A DNA stretch of 64,000 bases from an uncultured Planctomycetia bacterium (GTDB lineage: Bacteria > Omnitrophota > Gorgyraeia > 1-14-0-20-64-10), in contig CAYJQV010000005.1 of the NCBI GenBank assembly GCA_964372395.1, positions 126 through 64,125 on the forward strand. The letters are read 5' to 3'. The position numbers were made by a program, and so were the translations under genes. How positions within the stretch are numbered: the first letter of the stretch is position 1; each line of letters begins with the position of its first letter. Of this stretch, positions 1-9,956 are shown in pieces. Below the pieces are notes generated by a model that made no database searches, was not told the DNA's origin, and worked only from the letters and a program-made list of their open reading frames with translations.

Positions 1-174
1 GGAGCCGTTGCTCTCCCCGGGAGGGGCGGGTGGCCGAGCCGGAGCGCCGACCGCCAGGCGAAGCCGTGGCGGGAGGCGCGCAGGCCGCCAAATCCTCTCG
101 TCCCCACTCATCTCACTGGATGGATAGGAGGGTGATGGCGACCGGTTCGAGCGAAGCGAGAACCGAGGGGTGTT

Positions 175-203
175 CACGAGGGGGCCCGCCCCTCGTGTCT
201 TCT
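175..203 (+). terminator. Terminator-like hairpin (CACGAGGGG-gcccg-CCCCTCGTG followed by TCTTCT)
   Basis: Perfect 9-bp GC-rich stem, 5-nt loop, pyrimidine-rich tail; sits at the 3' side of an unrecognised + strand ORF (30..263) and upstream of the FIST gene. Confidence 0.35.
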
Positions 204-215
204 AGGAGGGTGGAA

Positions 216-242
216 CCAGAGGGAACCTTGAGTTCCCTCTGG
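216..242. repeat. Palindromic element CCAGAGGGAAC-cttga-GTTCCCTCTGG (REP-like, family 2)
   Basis: Perfect 11-bp inverted repeat; core GAGGGAACCTTGAGTTCCCTC is nearly identical to the GAGGGAACCTGGGTTCCCTC palindrome at 37914..37943. Confidence 0.6.
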
Positions 243-267
243 GGAGCCATCCCGAGACCGTGACAGC

Positions 268-1458
268 TTGATGGCGACCTGGGTCGGTGTAGGCAGCAGC
301 CGGCAGTCGGACTCCTTCCTGGCGGGACAGGAGGCAGCCCGCAAGTCCCTTGAGAGGACAGGCCAAGACCATCCGGACCTGGTCCTGGTCTTTGGCTCCA
401 CCCGTTTTGACCAGGATACGCTGCTGGAAGGCGTCGCTTCAGTGACGAGCCAGGCCCCGCTCCTCGGCTGCTCGACGGCAGGAGAGATCCTCGGCGAGGG
501 TCCCTCCCGCCGGTCCGTGGCCGTCATGACCATCCGGTCCGACACCCTGCGCATTGCCGCCGGCCTCGGGATGGACATCAGCGACAATCCCCGGCAGGCC
601 GGCCGGGAGGCCGCCACCCAGGCGGTCCAGGCCCGGCTCGCCAACCCGCACGGGCTGGTCATGTTCCCCGACGGCCTGAGCGGGAATGTCGCGGAGGTGA
701 TCCGGGGGGTGCAGGATGTCCTGGGCCTGAGCTTCCCGATCGTCGGGGGCTCGGCGGCCGATGACTTCGCATTTCACCGGACCTGGCAATACTTCGACGG
801 CAAGACCCATGAGAACGCAGTCCCCTGTGTGCTCCTCACCGGGCCAATCGCCCTCGGAGTGGGCGCCCGGCACGGCTGGAGACCCTTGGGCAGGCCCCGC
901 CGGGTCACGCGGGCGCTGGCCAACATCGTCCAGGAGCTGGACGGCCACTCGGCGGTGAACCTCTACGAGATGTACTTCGGCAAGGCAGCCGAGGCCCTTC
1001 GGGGCGAGGTGCTCGCGGACATGTCCATCGTCTATCCGCTGGGGATGCCGATCCCGGGAGAGGAGGAGTACCTCCTGCGGAACGTCCTGCGGATCGATCC
1101 CGCAGGATCCCTCGTCTATGCCGGGGAGATCTCGGAGGGAAGCGAGGTCCGCCTGATGATGGGGTCCAAGGAGAAGGCGCTCGAGGCGGCGCGGAGGGCG
1201 GCAGAGCAGGCGGTCCTGGGAATTGCCCCGCGCCCGGCCAGCTTCGCGCTGGTCTTCAGCTCCTGCTCCCGCATGCGCCTGTTCGGTCACCGGGCCGGTG
1301 AGGAGATCTCCACCATCCAGGAGGTCCTGGGCAAGAACGTCCCGCTCATCGGCTTCTACGATTACGGCGAGCAGGCCCCGCTCAGCGCCGCCGGCTTCCG
1401 GGGCTTGAGCTACTTCCACAACGAGACGCTGGTCGTATGCGCCGTCGCCGCCAACTGA
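268..1458 (+). CDS. FIST-domain sensor protein (FIST_N/FIST_C)
   Basis: 396-aa ORF; C-terminal [10 protein letters not shown]-type motif and overall architecture typical of FIST sensory proteins; first gene of a 4-gene + strand signalling cluster. Confidence 0.55.
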   Translation: MMATWVGVGSSRQSDSFLAGQEAARKSLERTGQDHPDLVLVFGSTRFDQDTLLEGVASVTSQAPLLGCSTAGEILGEGPSRRSVAVMTIRSDTLRIAAGLGMDISDNPRQAGREAATQAVQARLANPHGLVMFPDGLSGNVAEVIRGVQDVLGLSFPIVGGSAADDFAFHRTWQYFDGKTHENAVPCVLLTGPIALGVGARHGWRPLGRPRRVTRALANIVQELDGHSAVNLYEMYFGKAAEALRGEVLADMSIVYPLGMPIPGEEEYLLRNVLRIDPAGSLVYAGEISEGSEVRLMMGSKEKALEAARRAAEQAVLGIAPRPASFALVFSSCSRMRLFGHRAGEEISTIQEVLGKNVPLIGFYDYGEQAPLSAAGFRGLSYFHNETLVVCAVAAN

Positions 1459-1474
1459 TCCGGGGGATGGAACG

Positions 1475-3088
1475 ATGCCGCTGAGCATGAAGCTCTCGGT
1501 GGGGGCGAGTTTCCTCCTTCTGCTCCTCATTGCGCTCTCCAGCTCGATGGTCCTGCGCGTGGCGTACGGCGCCTTCATGGGGCTCATCGGGGTGTCGCTC
1601 CTGAGCACCCTGGAGACGATGCGCCGGCAGATGTCCGGATACGAGAAGGAGCTGGACCGGATCAACCGGATCTGCGAGGAGCTGGATCAGAACACGAAGA
1701 TCATCGTCCAGACCGACCTGGAGCTCACCCGGACCCAGGAGGCGCTGGACAAAAAGCTCTCCGGCCTGTACGCGCTGCACGGGCTCTCGAAGAGGATCCT
1801 CTCCGTGCGGTCGGTGGGGGAGTTGTGCCGGCTCACAGCGGAGGCCCTCGTCACCTCCCTCGGATTCGAGAAGGCCCTCCTGCTGGTCGCCCCCCAGGGC
1901 GAGGAGCTCCTCCCCGTAGTCGCCCAGGCCGGATTCGCGCCGGAGGAGCTCAAGCAGCTCAACCTCACGCAGTTCGCAGAGGACCTGCGCTTCCCCATCT
2001 ATGGACCGGGTGAGCCCCTTTTCGTCGAGGAGATCGACCCTCAGAAGAACTCGGTGACGGTCCAGCCGGCCACCGTTCCCGCGGAGACGGTCCGTGCCCT
2101 GGGCCAGGGGGTGGGGGCGCGCTCCTTCGGCGTGGTCCCCCTCACCCTGGAGGGACGGGTTCAGGGGTTCCTCCTGGTGGGCACCAATCCCCCCTACCCG
2201 CGGCTCGATTCCGGCGATGTGGAGCTCATGTCGATCCTCGTCAGCGAGGTAGGGGTGGCGATCGAGAACCTTCGCCTGTATGAGGCGCTGAAGCGCTCGC
2301 ACGATGAGTTGGAGGAGCGGGTGAAGATCCGCACGCAGGAGCTGGCCAAGGCGAACGAGGAGCTGGTGCGCCTGAACAAGATGAAGTCCGACTTCGTCTC
2401 CGCGGTCTCCCACGAGCTGCGGACCCCGCTGACCTCCATCAAGGGATACACCGCTCTGGTCCGGGGCGGCAAGCTGGGGGCCGTCACCAAGGAGCAGACC
2501 GAGCGGCTGGAGAAGATCAATCGCCACACCGACTACCTGACCAACCTCATCTCGGATCTCCTGGACATCGCCCGCATCGAGTCCGGAAGGGTGGGGATGA
2601 ATGTGCGGTCGGTGGAGCTGCCCCGGATCGTGGAAACGGTGGTGGACCTGGTCGGCCCGCAGCTCAAGGAGAAGGAGCTCAACGTCAAGGTGAAGCTCCC
2701 GACCCGGCTGCCTGCCCTGCAGGCGGACGAGAGCCAGCTCCAGCGGGTGCTCATCAATCTGCTCTCCAACGCCATCCGGTTCACGCCGCAGAACGGGATC
2801 ATCTCCATCACCGCGACACCGACCGACTCCATGCTCCGGGTGGAGGTCACCGACACCGGCTACGGGATGTCCAAGGAGGACCTGGGCCATCTCTTCACCG
2901 AGTTCTTCCGGGCCGACAACCCGGTGAACCGGGAGCGGAAGGGGACCGGCCTGGGCCTGGTCCTCGTCAAGAGAATCATCGAGGCGCACGGGGGACAGAT
3001 CGGCGTCCGGTCCGAACTGGGGAAGGGCTCCACCTTCACCTTCACCCTGCCCTGGCAGCCCACCGCGCAGCCGGCGCAGAAACCCTGA
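1475..3088 (+). CDS. Sensor histidine kinase with N-terminal TM segment and GAF domain (HisKA + HATPase_c)
   Basis: 537 aa; H-box [12 protein letters not shown]-box [10 protein letters not shown]-boxes DTGYGM and GTGLGL; hydrophobic N-terminus; GAF-like region between TM and the coiled-coil linker. Confidence 0.85.
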   Translation: MPLSMKLSVGASFLLLLLIALSSSMVLRVAYGAFMGLIGVSLLSTLETMRRQMSGYEKELDRINRICEELDQNTKIIVQTDLELTRTQEALDKKLSGLYALHGLSKRILSVRSVGELCRLTAEALVTSLGFEKALLLVAPQGEELLPVVAQAGFAPEELKQLNLTQFAEDLRFPIYGPGEPLFVEEIDPQKNSVTVQPATVPAETVRALGQGVGARSFGVVPLTLEGRVQGFLLVGTNPPYPRLDSGDVELMSILVSEVGVAIENLRLYEALKRSHDELEERVKIRTQELAKANEELVRLNKMKSDFVSAVSHELRTPLTSIKGYTALVRGGKLGAVTKEQTERLEKINRHTDYLTNLISDLLDIARIESGRVGMNVRSVELPRIVETVVDLVGPQLKEKELNVKVKLPTRLPALQADESQLQRVLINLLSNAIRFTPQNGIISITATPTDSMLRVEVTDTGYGMSKEDLGHLFTEFFRADNPVNRERKGTGLGLVLVKRIIEAHGGQIGVRSELGKGSTFTFTLPWQPTAQPAQKP

Positions 3089-3117
3089 CCGATGGCCAGC
3101 CCACGGATCCCCTGAGC

Positions 3118-3498
3118 ATGGCCGGTCCCCTGATCCTCGTCGTGGATGATGAGAAGGACATCGTCGAGATCATCTGCGATCTGCTCGCCGGGGAGGGCTT
3201 TCGCAGCCGCGCCGCTTACGACGGCCGGCAGGCGCTGGAGGAAGTCTCCCGCCAGCGGCCGGATGCGGTCATCCTGGACATCAAGATGCCGGTGCTGGAC
3301 GGGCTGGAGGTGATCCGCCGGATCCGGGCCGAGCCTTCGACGGCCCCCCTTCCGATCGTGGTGCTCACCGCCACCCAGGTCATCCAGGAGCTGCAGGACC
3401 GATTCCGGGAGCTGCGCGTGGCGACCTGGATCTCGAAGCCGTTTGAGCCGGAGGCGCTCGTGGCGGCGGTCAGACGCGCCTTGAAGAGGGCTCCGTGA
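3118..3498 (+). CDS. Single-domain response regulator (CheY-like receiver)
   Basis: 126 aa; LILVVDDEKD... DAVILDIKMP... receiver-domain signature with phospho-acceptor Asp context. Confidence 0.8.
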   Translation: MAGPLILVVDDEKDIVEIICDLLAGEGFRSRAAYDGRQALEEVSRQRPDAVILDIKMPVLDGLEVIRRIRAEPSTAPLPIVVLTATQVIQELQDRFRELRVATWISKPFEPEALVAAVRRALKRAP

Positions 3499-4430
3499 TG
3501 GCCAAAGAGCGGATCCTCGTGGTGGACGACGAGCCGGACATCCGGGATGTCCTGCGCCTGACGCTGGAGTCGGAGGGATACCAGGTCTTTGAGGCGGCTG
3601 ACGGCTCCGAGGTTCTCCCGCAGGTGGAGAAGATCAACCCCCAGCTCATCCTGCTCGATTTCAAGATGCCCCGGGTGGACGGCCCGCACGTCTGCCAGAC
3701 CCTGAAGAAGGACATCCTCCTGCAGCATCTGCCGATCATCATGCTCACCTCGAAGGGGGAGGTGACCGACAAGGTGGAGGGCATCGATGCCGGCGCCGAC
3801 GACTACCTTACCAAGCCCTTCGATCCGACGGAGCTCCTGGCCCGCGTCCGGATGGTGCTGCGCCGGACCGCCCGGGCGCTGGACGCCAATCCACTCACCA
3901 AGCTGCCGGGCAACGCCTCCATCCTCGAGGAGCTGCAGGGCCGACTGGCGAAGGGAACGCCCCTGGCGGTCTGCTACGTGGACCTCGATCAGTTCAAGGC
4001 GTTCAACGACACCTACGGCTTTGAGCGGGGGGATGAGCTGATCAAGGCCACGGCCCGGATCCTGCTGCTCGCCATGCGGGATTTCGGGACCCCGCAGGAT
4101 TTCCTGGGGCACATCGGCGGGGACGACTTCGTTCTGCTGACGGAACCGTACTGTGTCGAGCGGATCTGCAACCGGATCACCCAGGAGGTCGGCCGGACAA
4201 CGCCCTCCTTCTACGACGGGCCGGACCGGAAACGGGGCTTCATCGAGGCGAAGGACAGGGACGGAAAGACCCGCCGCTTTCCCCTGCTGACCGTCTCGGT
4301 CGCCGTCGTGACCAACGAGCAGCGGGCGCTCCGGCACGTGGCCGAGGTCGCCCAGATCGGCGCGGAGCTCAAGGAGTGGGTGAAGGCCAAAGGCGGCAAC
4401 CGCTGGGTGAAAGACCGGCGCGTGGAGTAG
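3495..4430 (+). CDS. Response regulator receiver + GGDEF-domain protein (PleD-like; noncanonical GGDDF motif)
   Basis: 311 aa; ILVVDDEPD...LILLDFKMP receiver followed by a GGDEF-family domain (YVDLDQFKAFNDTYGFERGDELI ... GHIGGDDFVLL); start ATGATG overlaps the upstream stop (ATGA). Confidence 0.8.
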   Translation: MMAKERILVVDDEPDIRDVLRLTLESEGYQVFEAADGSEVLPQVEKINPQLILLDFKMPRVDGPHVCQTLKKDILLQHLPIIMLTSKGEVTDKVEGIDAGADDYLTKPFDPTELLARVRMVLRRTARALDANPLTKLPGNASILEELQGRLAKGTPLAVCYVDLDQFKAFNDTYGFERGDELIKATARILLLAMRDFGTPQDFLGHIGGDDFVLLTEPYCVERICNRITQEVGRTTPSFYDGPDRKRGFIEAKDRDGKTRRFPLLTVSVAVVTNEQRALRHVAEVAQIGAELKEWVKAKGGNRWVKDRRVE

Positions 4431-4457
4431 TTCACCCTGATGATCGTAGAACTGGTT

Positions 4458-4859
4458 CTAGAGGGAACGCCAGAAAAGCGAGGGCGGAACAATCTTGATT
4501 CCCCGGACTTCCTTAAGATCCAGGAGATCCCGATCTCCTGTCACCAGAAGATCTGCGTGGACAGCTAAGGTAAGCCAGAGAATCGGCAGGTCTTTGGGAT
4601 CCGGACAGACAAGAGCCTTCCTGGCCGGAGGATCCAGAACCTGACAGACACCTTGAAGCCAACGCTGGACGCGTTCCCGCTCCTGCTTCGTCGCTCCGAT
4701 CTTGTGGGCAAGAACCCGATCGATCTCTCCCAGGATGTAAGGGGAAATGAATACCTCGCAGGAGCCGAGGGCTTCCTCAACGACATCCTTCGACGACCCT
4801 GAGGCAACAAGCGCTGCGATCCAGACGTTGCTATCAAAGACTACCCTGAAAACCGGCAC
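4458..4859 (-). CDS. vapC: PIN-domain toxin (VapC family)
   Basis: 133 aa; N-terminal VVFDSNVWIAAL and conserved acidic residues characteristic of the PIN fold; immediately downstream of a small RHH gene. Confidence 0.7.
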   Translation of the reverse strand: MPVFRVVFDSNVWIAALVASGSSKDVVEEALGSCEVFISPYILGEIDRVLAHKIGATKQERERVQRWLQGVCQVLDPPARKALVCPDPKDLPILWLTLAVHADLLVTGDRDLLDLKEVRGIKIVPPSLFWRSL

Positions 4860-4868
4860 CCTGCCCTT

Positions 4869-5090
4869 TTAAGAGCGAACCGTCCGAAAGACATCCTCAT
4901 CCGTGAAGATTCCCTTGGCGCGAGCTTTCGGCATCAGGCTCTTTCTGAGCTCCTCCAGCTCATACCTCCTGAAAAAATCCCGTAGCGCGAGCTTCACCAC
5001 TTCAGAACGGGTCAAATGCACCTCCCGGGTGACCTGGTTCAGGGCCCGGGCCAATGCCTCAGGCAAACTCACACTCAGCAACGACCGCAT
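4869..5090 (-). CDS. vapB: Ribbon-helix-helix antitoxin (CopG/VapB-like)
   Basis: About 73 aa from an internal Met (MRSLLSVSLPEALARAL... RHH beta-strand plus helices). This start was preferred because a GAAGGAGG Shine-Dalgarno lies 6 nt upstream and a TTGACA / 15 nt / TATTAT promoter-like region lies in an unusually AT-rich stretch at 5091..5165. Confidence 0.55.
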   Translation of the reverse strand: MRSLLSVSLPEALARALNQVTREVHLTRSEVVKLALRDFFRRYELEELRKSLMPKARAKGIFTDEDVFRTVRS

Positions 5091-5165
5091 GGCAGCCTCC
5101 TTCAAGCCTCTATATGAAAATATAATACATTTATATGACTCTGTCAATACCTCCTGCGTGGGGTT
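5091..5165 (-). promoter_or_regulatory. AT-rich promoter-like region upstream of the VapBC-1 operon
   Basis: Minus-strand TTGACA(5143-5148 rc) / TATTAT(5122-5127 rc) and a GAAGGAGG RBS; a local GC trough in an otherwise GC-rich window. Confidence 0.4.
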
Positions 5166-8100
5166 CTAGAGGTTCCCGCCGAGCGTGTCGGTGTCGGCGG
5201 CGATCTCCTCGAATACCGCGGGCAGCGAGGCCTCCTCCATGCCGGCAAGAGCCATGAGGAGCTGGCCCAGGCTCTCCGGCGCGAAGATGATCTCGTTCAA
5301 GCCCCCGCCGACACTGAAATCGAACCGCGTCCGTCCCACGGTCGCCGTGCCCAGCTCCCCCGCAGCCGCCGGGACCACCTCACCGAGCATCCATTGCTCC
5401 TCGGCAACCGCCGAGGGCCGCGCCCCCAGCCGAACGGTCGGCACCCCTAATCCGAGGGCGTCGAACCGATCCCCCTGATCCTCCCAGAGCATCTGGGCGA
5501 CTGGAATTCCCCGGTCTGTGAGGGAACGGGAAACCCCCACCGCGCCGGGGAACAGCAGGATCGGCCCCGGAGCCCTCCGCGATTCTTCCTCCTCCATCCC
5601 GGCGGCGACAGGAACAGGCAAGACGTTGACCTGGGTGCGGAAGAGGTTGCCGAGAAGCTCCTTGCGGGAGGGATCGCGCCCGCGCTCCTCCTCCCTTCGC
5701 TCCCGCGAGAGGGTGTCGGCGGCTGTCCCCAGCCGCGCTGCCTCCGCGGGAGGATACCCCAGGAGGTTTCCCAGTCGGAAGGCGGCGATCGCCGCGTGAG
5801 TGGCGCCGCTGGTGTAGGTGAGCCGCAGGACCGGCGAAGGAAGGACCTGAACCCGAGCCCTGTCGTTCACCAGCACCAGCCCGCCTGCCCTCACCGGGAT
5901 CAGCCACTCGCGGATGCCGTGAGTCCGACGGAGAGTCTCGGCCTGTGCCGCCGCCTCCTCGGGCCGGTAGCGGAGGGCCCTGCCAGACGTTCCCAGGAAA
6001 TTGGCGAGGGTTTCCTGCGCGGTGATGAACAGGTCGGGCCCCACCTCCTGAAAGCGGGTCCGGGTGGATGAATCCCAGGAGGCGTTGGCCTCCACGATCG
6101 TGGGGAAGCCCCTTCCCTTCGCCCACCGGGCCTCTTCCACCTGGGCATGGTTCGAGGGCTCATCCACCAGCCGCTCACCCAACGCCAGATGTGGAACAGG
6201 CCGTCCCTCCTTTTCAGCTCGCGCCGCCTCCTCCTCCATGACGCGTCGGACTTCCTGAGCCGCTTCCCGGATTGCCTCCGGAGGAAGTGGAGTTCCTACA
6301 CCAACCAGCCGCCTCTCCGCACCGGAATCGCTGGCCACCATGAGACTGACCCGCGAGGATTGACCATCCTTTCGGAGAATAGGCTCGATGGTGACGCCCT
6401 TGCCGCGCAGGGTCTCCACAATCGCCTCACCGGTTTCACCGCCCACCACCGCCACCAGCTCCGCGGGGGCTCCCAGGGCATGGGTCGCCTGCACAAGGTT
6501 CGGGGCAAAACCGCCCGGATGGAGACGCACGGCAAGCTGCTTGGTTCCATCGGCCCGGGTCTTCACTGAAACGACAAGGTCGAGTGTCCCGTTTAAGCTC
6601 AGACCCACGAGGGTCGGAAGCCTCTCCTCCCTTTCGGCAGCTCTTTCTGGCGGAGGGGGAATTTCCTTTTCCAATCTCACCAGATGGGGGAAACGCTCCG
6701 CGTACATCCGGACCAGCCGGAAGGCCTGCTGGGTAAGCTGATCGCGGCTCTCGCCCAAGCGCCCGAAGGCCTCCACGGTACGATGGCTCCAGCGTCCGAT
6801 CCTCTCGAATAGCTCGATGAGTTGGCCCAACTGCCGGGGCTCGCGAATCTCATTGAGCGTGCGGAGGGCGCTCCGGACCTCCTCATCCGCATCGGCATTC
6901 AGCGGCCGGTCGCCGGGCTGTGCCCGAAGGCGGGCAAGGACCTGGGCGATCCCCGGGTGATCCCACGGAAGGCCGATCCGCTCGTAGGCTTTGATGAGGC
7001 GAGCCTCCAGGAAACGGTCCTCAAAGATCTCCCGCCGGGAGATGAGCAGGATCCTGCGAATCTCCATCAGCCCCATCTTCACGTCCAGGACCGGACGGCC
7101 CTGACGGACCAGGGGGCGGGACCTGTCGTAGCGGGCGCGGTGCTCCCGGGCAGGGTCGGTCTGGTTGACGAGGCCAAACCTCTCCATCTCTTCCCAGCCC
7201 ATCAGGCGGAACTGCCCCGGGGAAAGCTCCGCCACCCAGTAATCCCGGTCTGCCAGGGGCTTGGCGTAGTCGTCCGACGGCCTCCACCTTTGGTCGCCCG
7301 CGGGAGGCACCGGCTCCGCCAGGTTCCTTGGGGTGATGAAGAGCCTTCCTAAGCCATCTTCTCCCACAACTCCCCAGACGTTGTACTCGGTCAGCGCCAC
7401 CCCCGGTTCCTTCAGCCAATCCAGGATCTGGCTGGCCCGGGCGATCATCGCATCCTGCTCGGCCCGGGTGCCCTGGCCTTCCAGGACAAAGGTGGTCATG
7501 CCGGGATTCTTGAGGATCCCCACCCGGATCCCGCGCAAAAGGAAAAACCACTCGATCTCATCATCCCCGGGATTGTCCATCGGCATCCTCCAGGGGATTC
7601 CATGCAGATGCGCCCACTCGGGGAGGCTGGCCGCCGCCTTGAGGGCGATGTTGCCCCCGACCACCGTGCCGATCCCCCTCTGCAGCCACATCTCCCGCAC
7701 CGCAGCCCGGATCGGCTCGGCCCACCGGGCCTGATCCACCTGCTGAGCGACCGGCATGGTGAAGTGTCTCCAGGTATAGCCGTAGGGGCTCAAGCGGTAG
7801 TCGACGGGGTTATCCAGATCCTTCGCAAACCCCGGCAGGGTTCTCTGCCGGAGGGTCTCGATCCGGTCCCCCACGACAAACCGGATGGGATGCGCGTCAT
7901 CCAGCGGATGGGGAGCCTGCTGGCCCGGCTCGGGCGCAGGAGGTTTCGGGGTATTGGCCCGATTGGGGTTGAACATGATGTCCACCGGCCCGTCGGGCAA
8001 GACCCCCACCCTGTACTCGGTGCCGGTGAAGAAGTCCCGCTTCTGCACGTCCACCGCCTGCTGCTGGGCGACAAAGGCCTGCACCGCCTCGGCAGGGGAG

Positions 8101-9146
8101 ATCTTTCCCCGGCTGACCAGCTCATTCAAGCGGGGAGCCCGCTGATCCCGGGAGATCACCTTGCCGGTCACCACACCCTGGTTGGCCAGCGTGAGCTGCC
8201 CGGCTGCCTCGTCCAGACCCCTCTGTGCACGGGCCAGCTCTTCAGCATCTCCAACTCGGGCAGCCGCCTCAGCCCGCTCCTTTGCCTGCAAGAAGGCCTG
8301 TCGTGCATTCTGCTGCGCAAGGGCGAGCTCCTGCTCCCCATCCTCGACCCCGATGTCCCGCAGACGGCCGGTGGGCTCCGAGAGAACCTGCGAGGGATTG
8401 GGCGGCCGGATCCGAATCCGCCCCGCCGGATCCAGGCGATACCACTGGTTGTTCCAAAAGAGCTCCACCGTGAAGGAATGATCGCCAACGTACTCCGGCT
8501 TGGCCTCCAGGCGCCCCTCGAACCGGACCCAGCCGTCCGGCCAGACATTGCGCACCTTCATGCCGATCGTCTTTTCCTTCACCACAATCCTTCCTCCGTC
8601 TCCTGAAAAGATCGAAAGCTGGATCTGCACCCGTTTCGGGATGTACGGGGCGAGCTCCTGCTTGATCCTCCCGCGCAAGACGGGGCTGACCCCTTCGCCG
8701 GGCCTCACTCCCTTGAAATAGAGGTCGCCGGAGTCCAGGCTCCCGTCGCCCGGCAGTTGCCTCACCAAGTCCTGAAGAGCAGGCGGAAGCTGCGAGACCC
8801 GGATGGAGGCGAAGAAACGCTGATACTGAGGCGGCCCGCCCCGCGTCCCCATGATGGTCATGCGGGGGAGCCGCTCCCCGCCGAACGGAACCACGTCTCC
8901 CCCGTCCTTCCAGACGAGCTGTGCCGGCGGCGTATCCGGATCCTCCGGCTCCGGGAAGGTCATCTCCTCCATGCCGGAGCGGAGGAGGTTCTGCCCCTCG
9001 GTGTCCTGGATGCGGCGCAGGGTGGCTGGCTCGTCCGAAAGGGCCCAAGCCGGGATGGGATCTCCCAGAAGGAGGGAGAGGATGAGAGGGCCGCTGAGAG
9101 CCGGTTTCAGGAACCGGCCTGGCTTTTCTATCGGCTTCTGAAGCAT
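5166..9146 (-). CDS. Large secreted multidomain protein of unknown function with C-terminal degenerate PfkB/ribokinase-like domain
   Basis: About 1,329 aa from an internal Met (MLQKPIEKPGRFLKPALSGPLILSLLLGDPIPAWALS = signal-peptide-like). The C-terminal third has PfkB-family landmarks, HPGGFAPNLVQA (cf. GGKGANQA) and TYTSGATHAAIAAFRLG (cf. DTTGAGDAFxGAF), with the catalytic Asp replaced. The remainder has no recognisable motifs. Confidence 0.5.
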   Translation of the reverse strand: MLQKPIEKPGRFLKPALSGPLILSLLLGDPIPAWALSDEPATLRRIQDTEGQNLLRSGMEEMTFPEPEDPDTPPAQLVWKDGGDVVPFGGERLPRMTIMGTRGGPPQYQRFFASIRVSQLPPALQDLVRQLPGDGSLDSGDLYFKGVRPGEGVSPVLRGRIKQELAPYIPKRVQIQLSIFSGDGGRIVVKEKTIGMKVRNVWPDGWVRFEGRLEAKPEYVGDHSFTVELFWNNQWYRLDPAGRIRIRPPNPSQVLSEPTGRLRDIGVEDGEQELALAQQNARQAFLQAKERAEAAARVGDAEELARAQRGLDEAAGQLTLANQGVVTGKVISRDQRAPRLNELVSRGKISPAEAVQAFVAQQQAVDVQKRDFFTGTEYRVGVLPDGPVDIMFNPNRANTPKPPAPEPGQQAPHPLDDAHPIRFVVGDRIETLRQRTLPGFAKDLDNPVDYRLSPYGYTWRHFTMPVAQQVDQARWAEPIRAAVREMWLQRGIGTVVGGNIALKAAASLPEWAHLHGIPWRMPMDNPGDDEIEWFFLLRGIRVGILKNPGMTTFVLEGQGTRAEQDAMIARASQILDWLKEPGVALTEYNVWGVVGEDGLGRLFITPRNLAEPVPPAGDQRWRPSDDYAKPLADRDYWVAELSPGQFRLMGWEEMERFGLVNQTDPAREHRARYDRSRPLVRQGRPVLDVKMGLMEIRRILLISRREIFEDRFLEARLIKAYERIGLPWDHPGIAQVLARLRAQPGDRPLNADADEEVRSALRTLNEIREPRQLGQLIELFERIGRWSHRTVEAFGRLGESRDQLTQQAFRLVRMYAERFPHLVRLEKEIPPPPERAAEREERLPTLVGLSLNGTLDLVVSVKTRADGTKQLAVRLHPGGFAPNLVQATHALGAPAELVAVVGGETGEAIVETLRGKGVTIEPILRKDGQSSRVSLMVASDSGAERRLVGVGTPLPPEAIREAAQEVRRVMEEEAARAEKEGRPVPHLALGERLVDEPSNHAQVEEARWAKGRGFPTIVEANASWDSSTRTRFQEVGPDLFITAQETLANFLGTSGRALRYRPEEAAAQAETLRRTHGIREWLIPVRAGGLVLVNDRARVQVLPSPVLRLTYTSGATHAAIAAFRLGNLLGYPPAEAARLGTAADTLSRERREEERGRDPSRKELLGNLFRTQVNVLPVPVAAGMEEEESRRAPGPILLFPGAVGVSRSLTDRGIPVAQMLWEDQGDRFDALGLGVPTVRLGARPSAVAEEQWMLGEVVPAAAGELGTATVGRTRFDFSVGGGLNEIIFAPESLGQLLMALAGMEEASLPAVFEEIAADTDTLGGNL

Positions 9147-9260
9147 GGAGTTAGGGTGGACAAAAAAACGCCGCTCGGCGCTTGCCGGAAGTATGCCACA
9201 GGATCGCCACAGCGGCAAGGTGAAGTTGAGCTAAGTTTATTTGATTAACGCGGCCTCTGC

Positions 9261-9674
9261 CTAATCCAGCAGATCCAAGAAGCGGGCGGGATCGGCCATC
9301 TCAACGGAGCGGAATCTTCCGATGCCCAGGAGTGCCGCATCCCCCGTGATCAGATAGCGGACACCGGCGGTCACGGCGCAGGCGAGGAATTTGACGTCAT
9401 CCCGTTCAACCCCGGCGGGCGGACCGGCTCGCAGAGGAACGTCCTCAACCACCTCGGCGTAAGGCAGGACGATCTCCTCAATGACCTGCCTCACCTCGCG
9501 AGGGGAGAGCTGCAGCTTCGGATAGCTCAGGACGTGCAGGTATTCCCGGACGATTCCCCGCGAGACGACCGGGCGCATCCGATCCGCCATCCACGCCTCC
9601 ACGACCCGGCGTGTGGTCGTGCCCCGCCGGATTGCAGCCACCAGGACGTTGGTGTCAACGACGGCACGGATCAA
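9261..9674 (-). CDS. vapC: PIN-domain toxin (VapC family)
   Basis: 137 aa; MIRAVVDTNVLVAAI...; the PIN acidic-residue pattern; a 4-nt overlap with the upstream antitoxin gene. Confidence 0.7.
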   Translation of the reverse strand: MIRAVVDTNVLVAAIRRGTTTRRVVEAWMADRMRPVVSRGIVREYLHVLSYPKLQLSPREVRQVIEEIVLPYAEVVEDVPLRAGPPAGVERDDVKFLACAVTAGVRYLITGDAALLGIGRFRSVEMADPARFLDLLD

Positions 9675-9922
9675 CGTTTCCGTGCCCAGCGGACCGCCTC
9701 TTCAATCTCCTCCTCGGCGATTCCCAACCGCTCCCATTTCCGGCTGATTGCGTCCAGCACCGCCAGGCCCTTGTCCCGCGGGCTGACTTGAACCGGAGAG
9801 AGCACGATCCTTCGACCCGTCACCTCGCATTGAAGGAGGTCCCCCTGGCGGATCTTCAGCGTCGTCACCGCCTCCCTGGGCAAGGTAATCTGGTACTTGC
9901 TCAACACCTTCCGTAGCATCAT
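9671..9922 (-). CDS. AbrB/MazE/SpoVT-family antitoxin (VapB-like)
   Basis: About 83 aa from the internal MM start (MMLRKVLSKYQITLPREAVTTLKIRQGDLLQCEV... swapped-hairpin AbrB-like fold); stop overlaps the vapC start. Confidence 0.6.
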   Translation of the reverse strand: MMLRKVLSKYQITLPREAVTTLKIRQGDLLQCEVTGRRIVLSPVQVSPRDKGLAVLDAISRKWERLGIAEEEIEEAVRWARKR

Positions 9923-9956
9923 GGCCTCATCCCCCTCAACTCCCAGTATATCTGAA

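Noticed and set aside
30-263. 77-aa + strand ORF at the window start
   Set aside because: No start context and no recognisable family, with a Pro/Arg-rich composition. It may be the tail of an upstream gene, but this cannot be supported.
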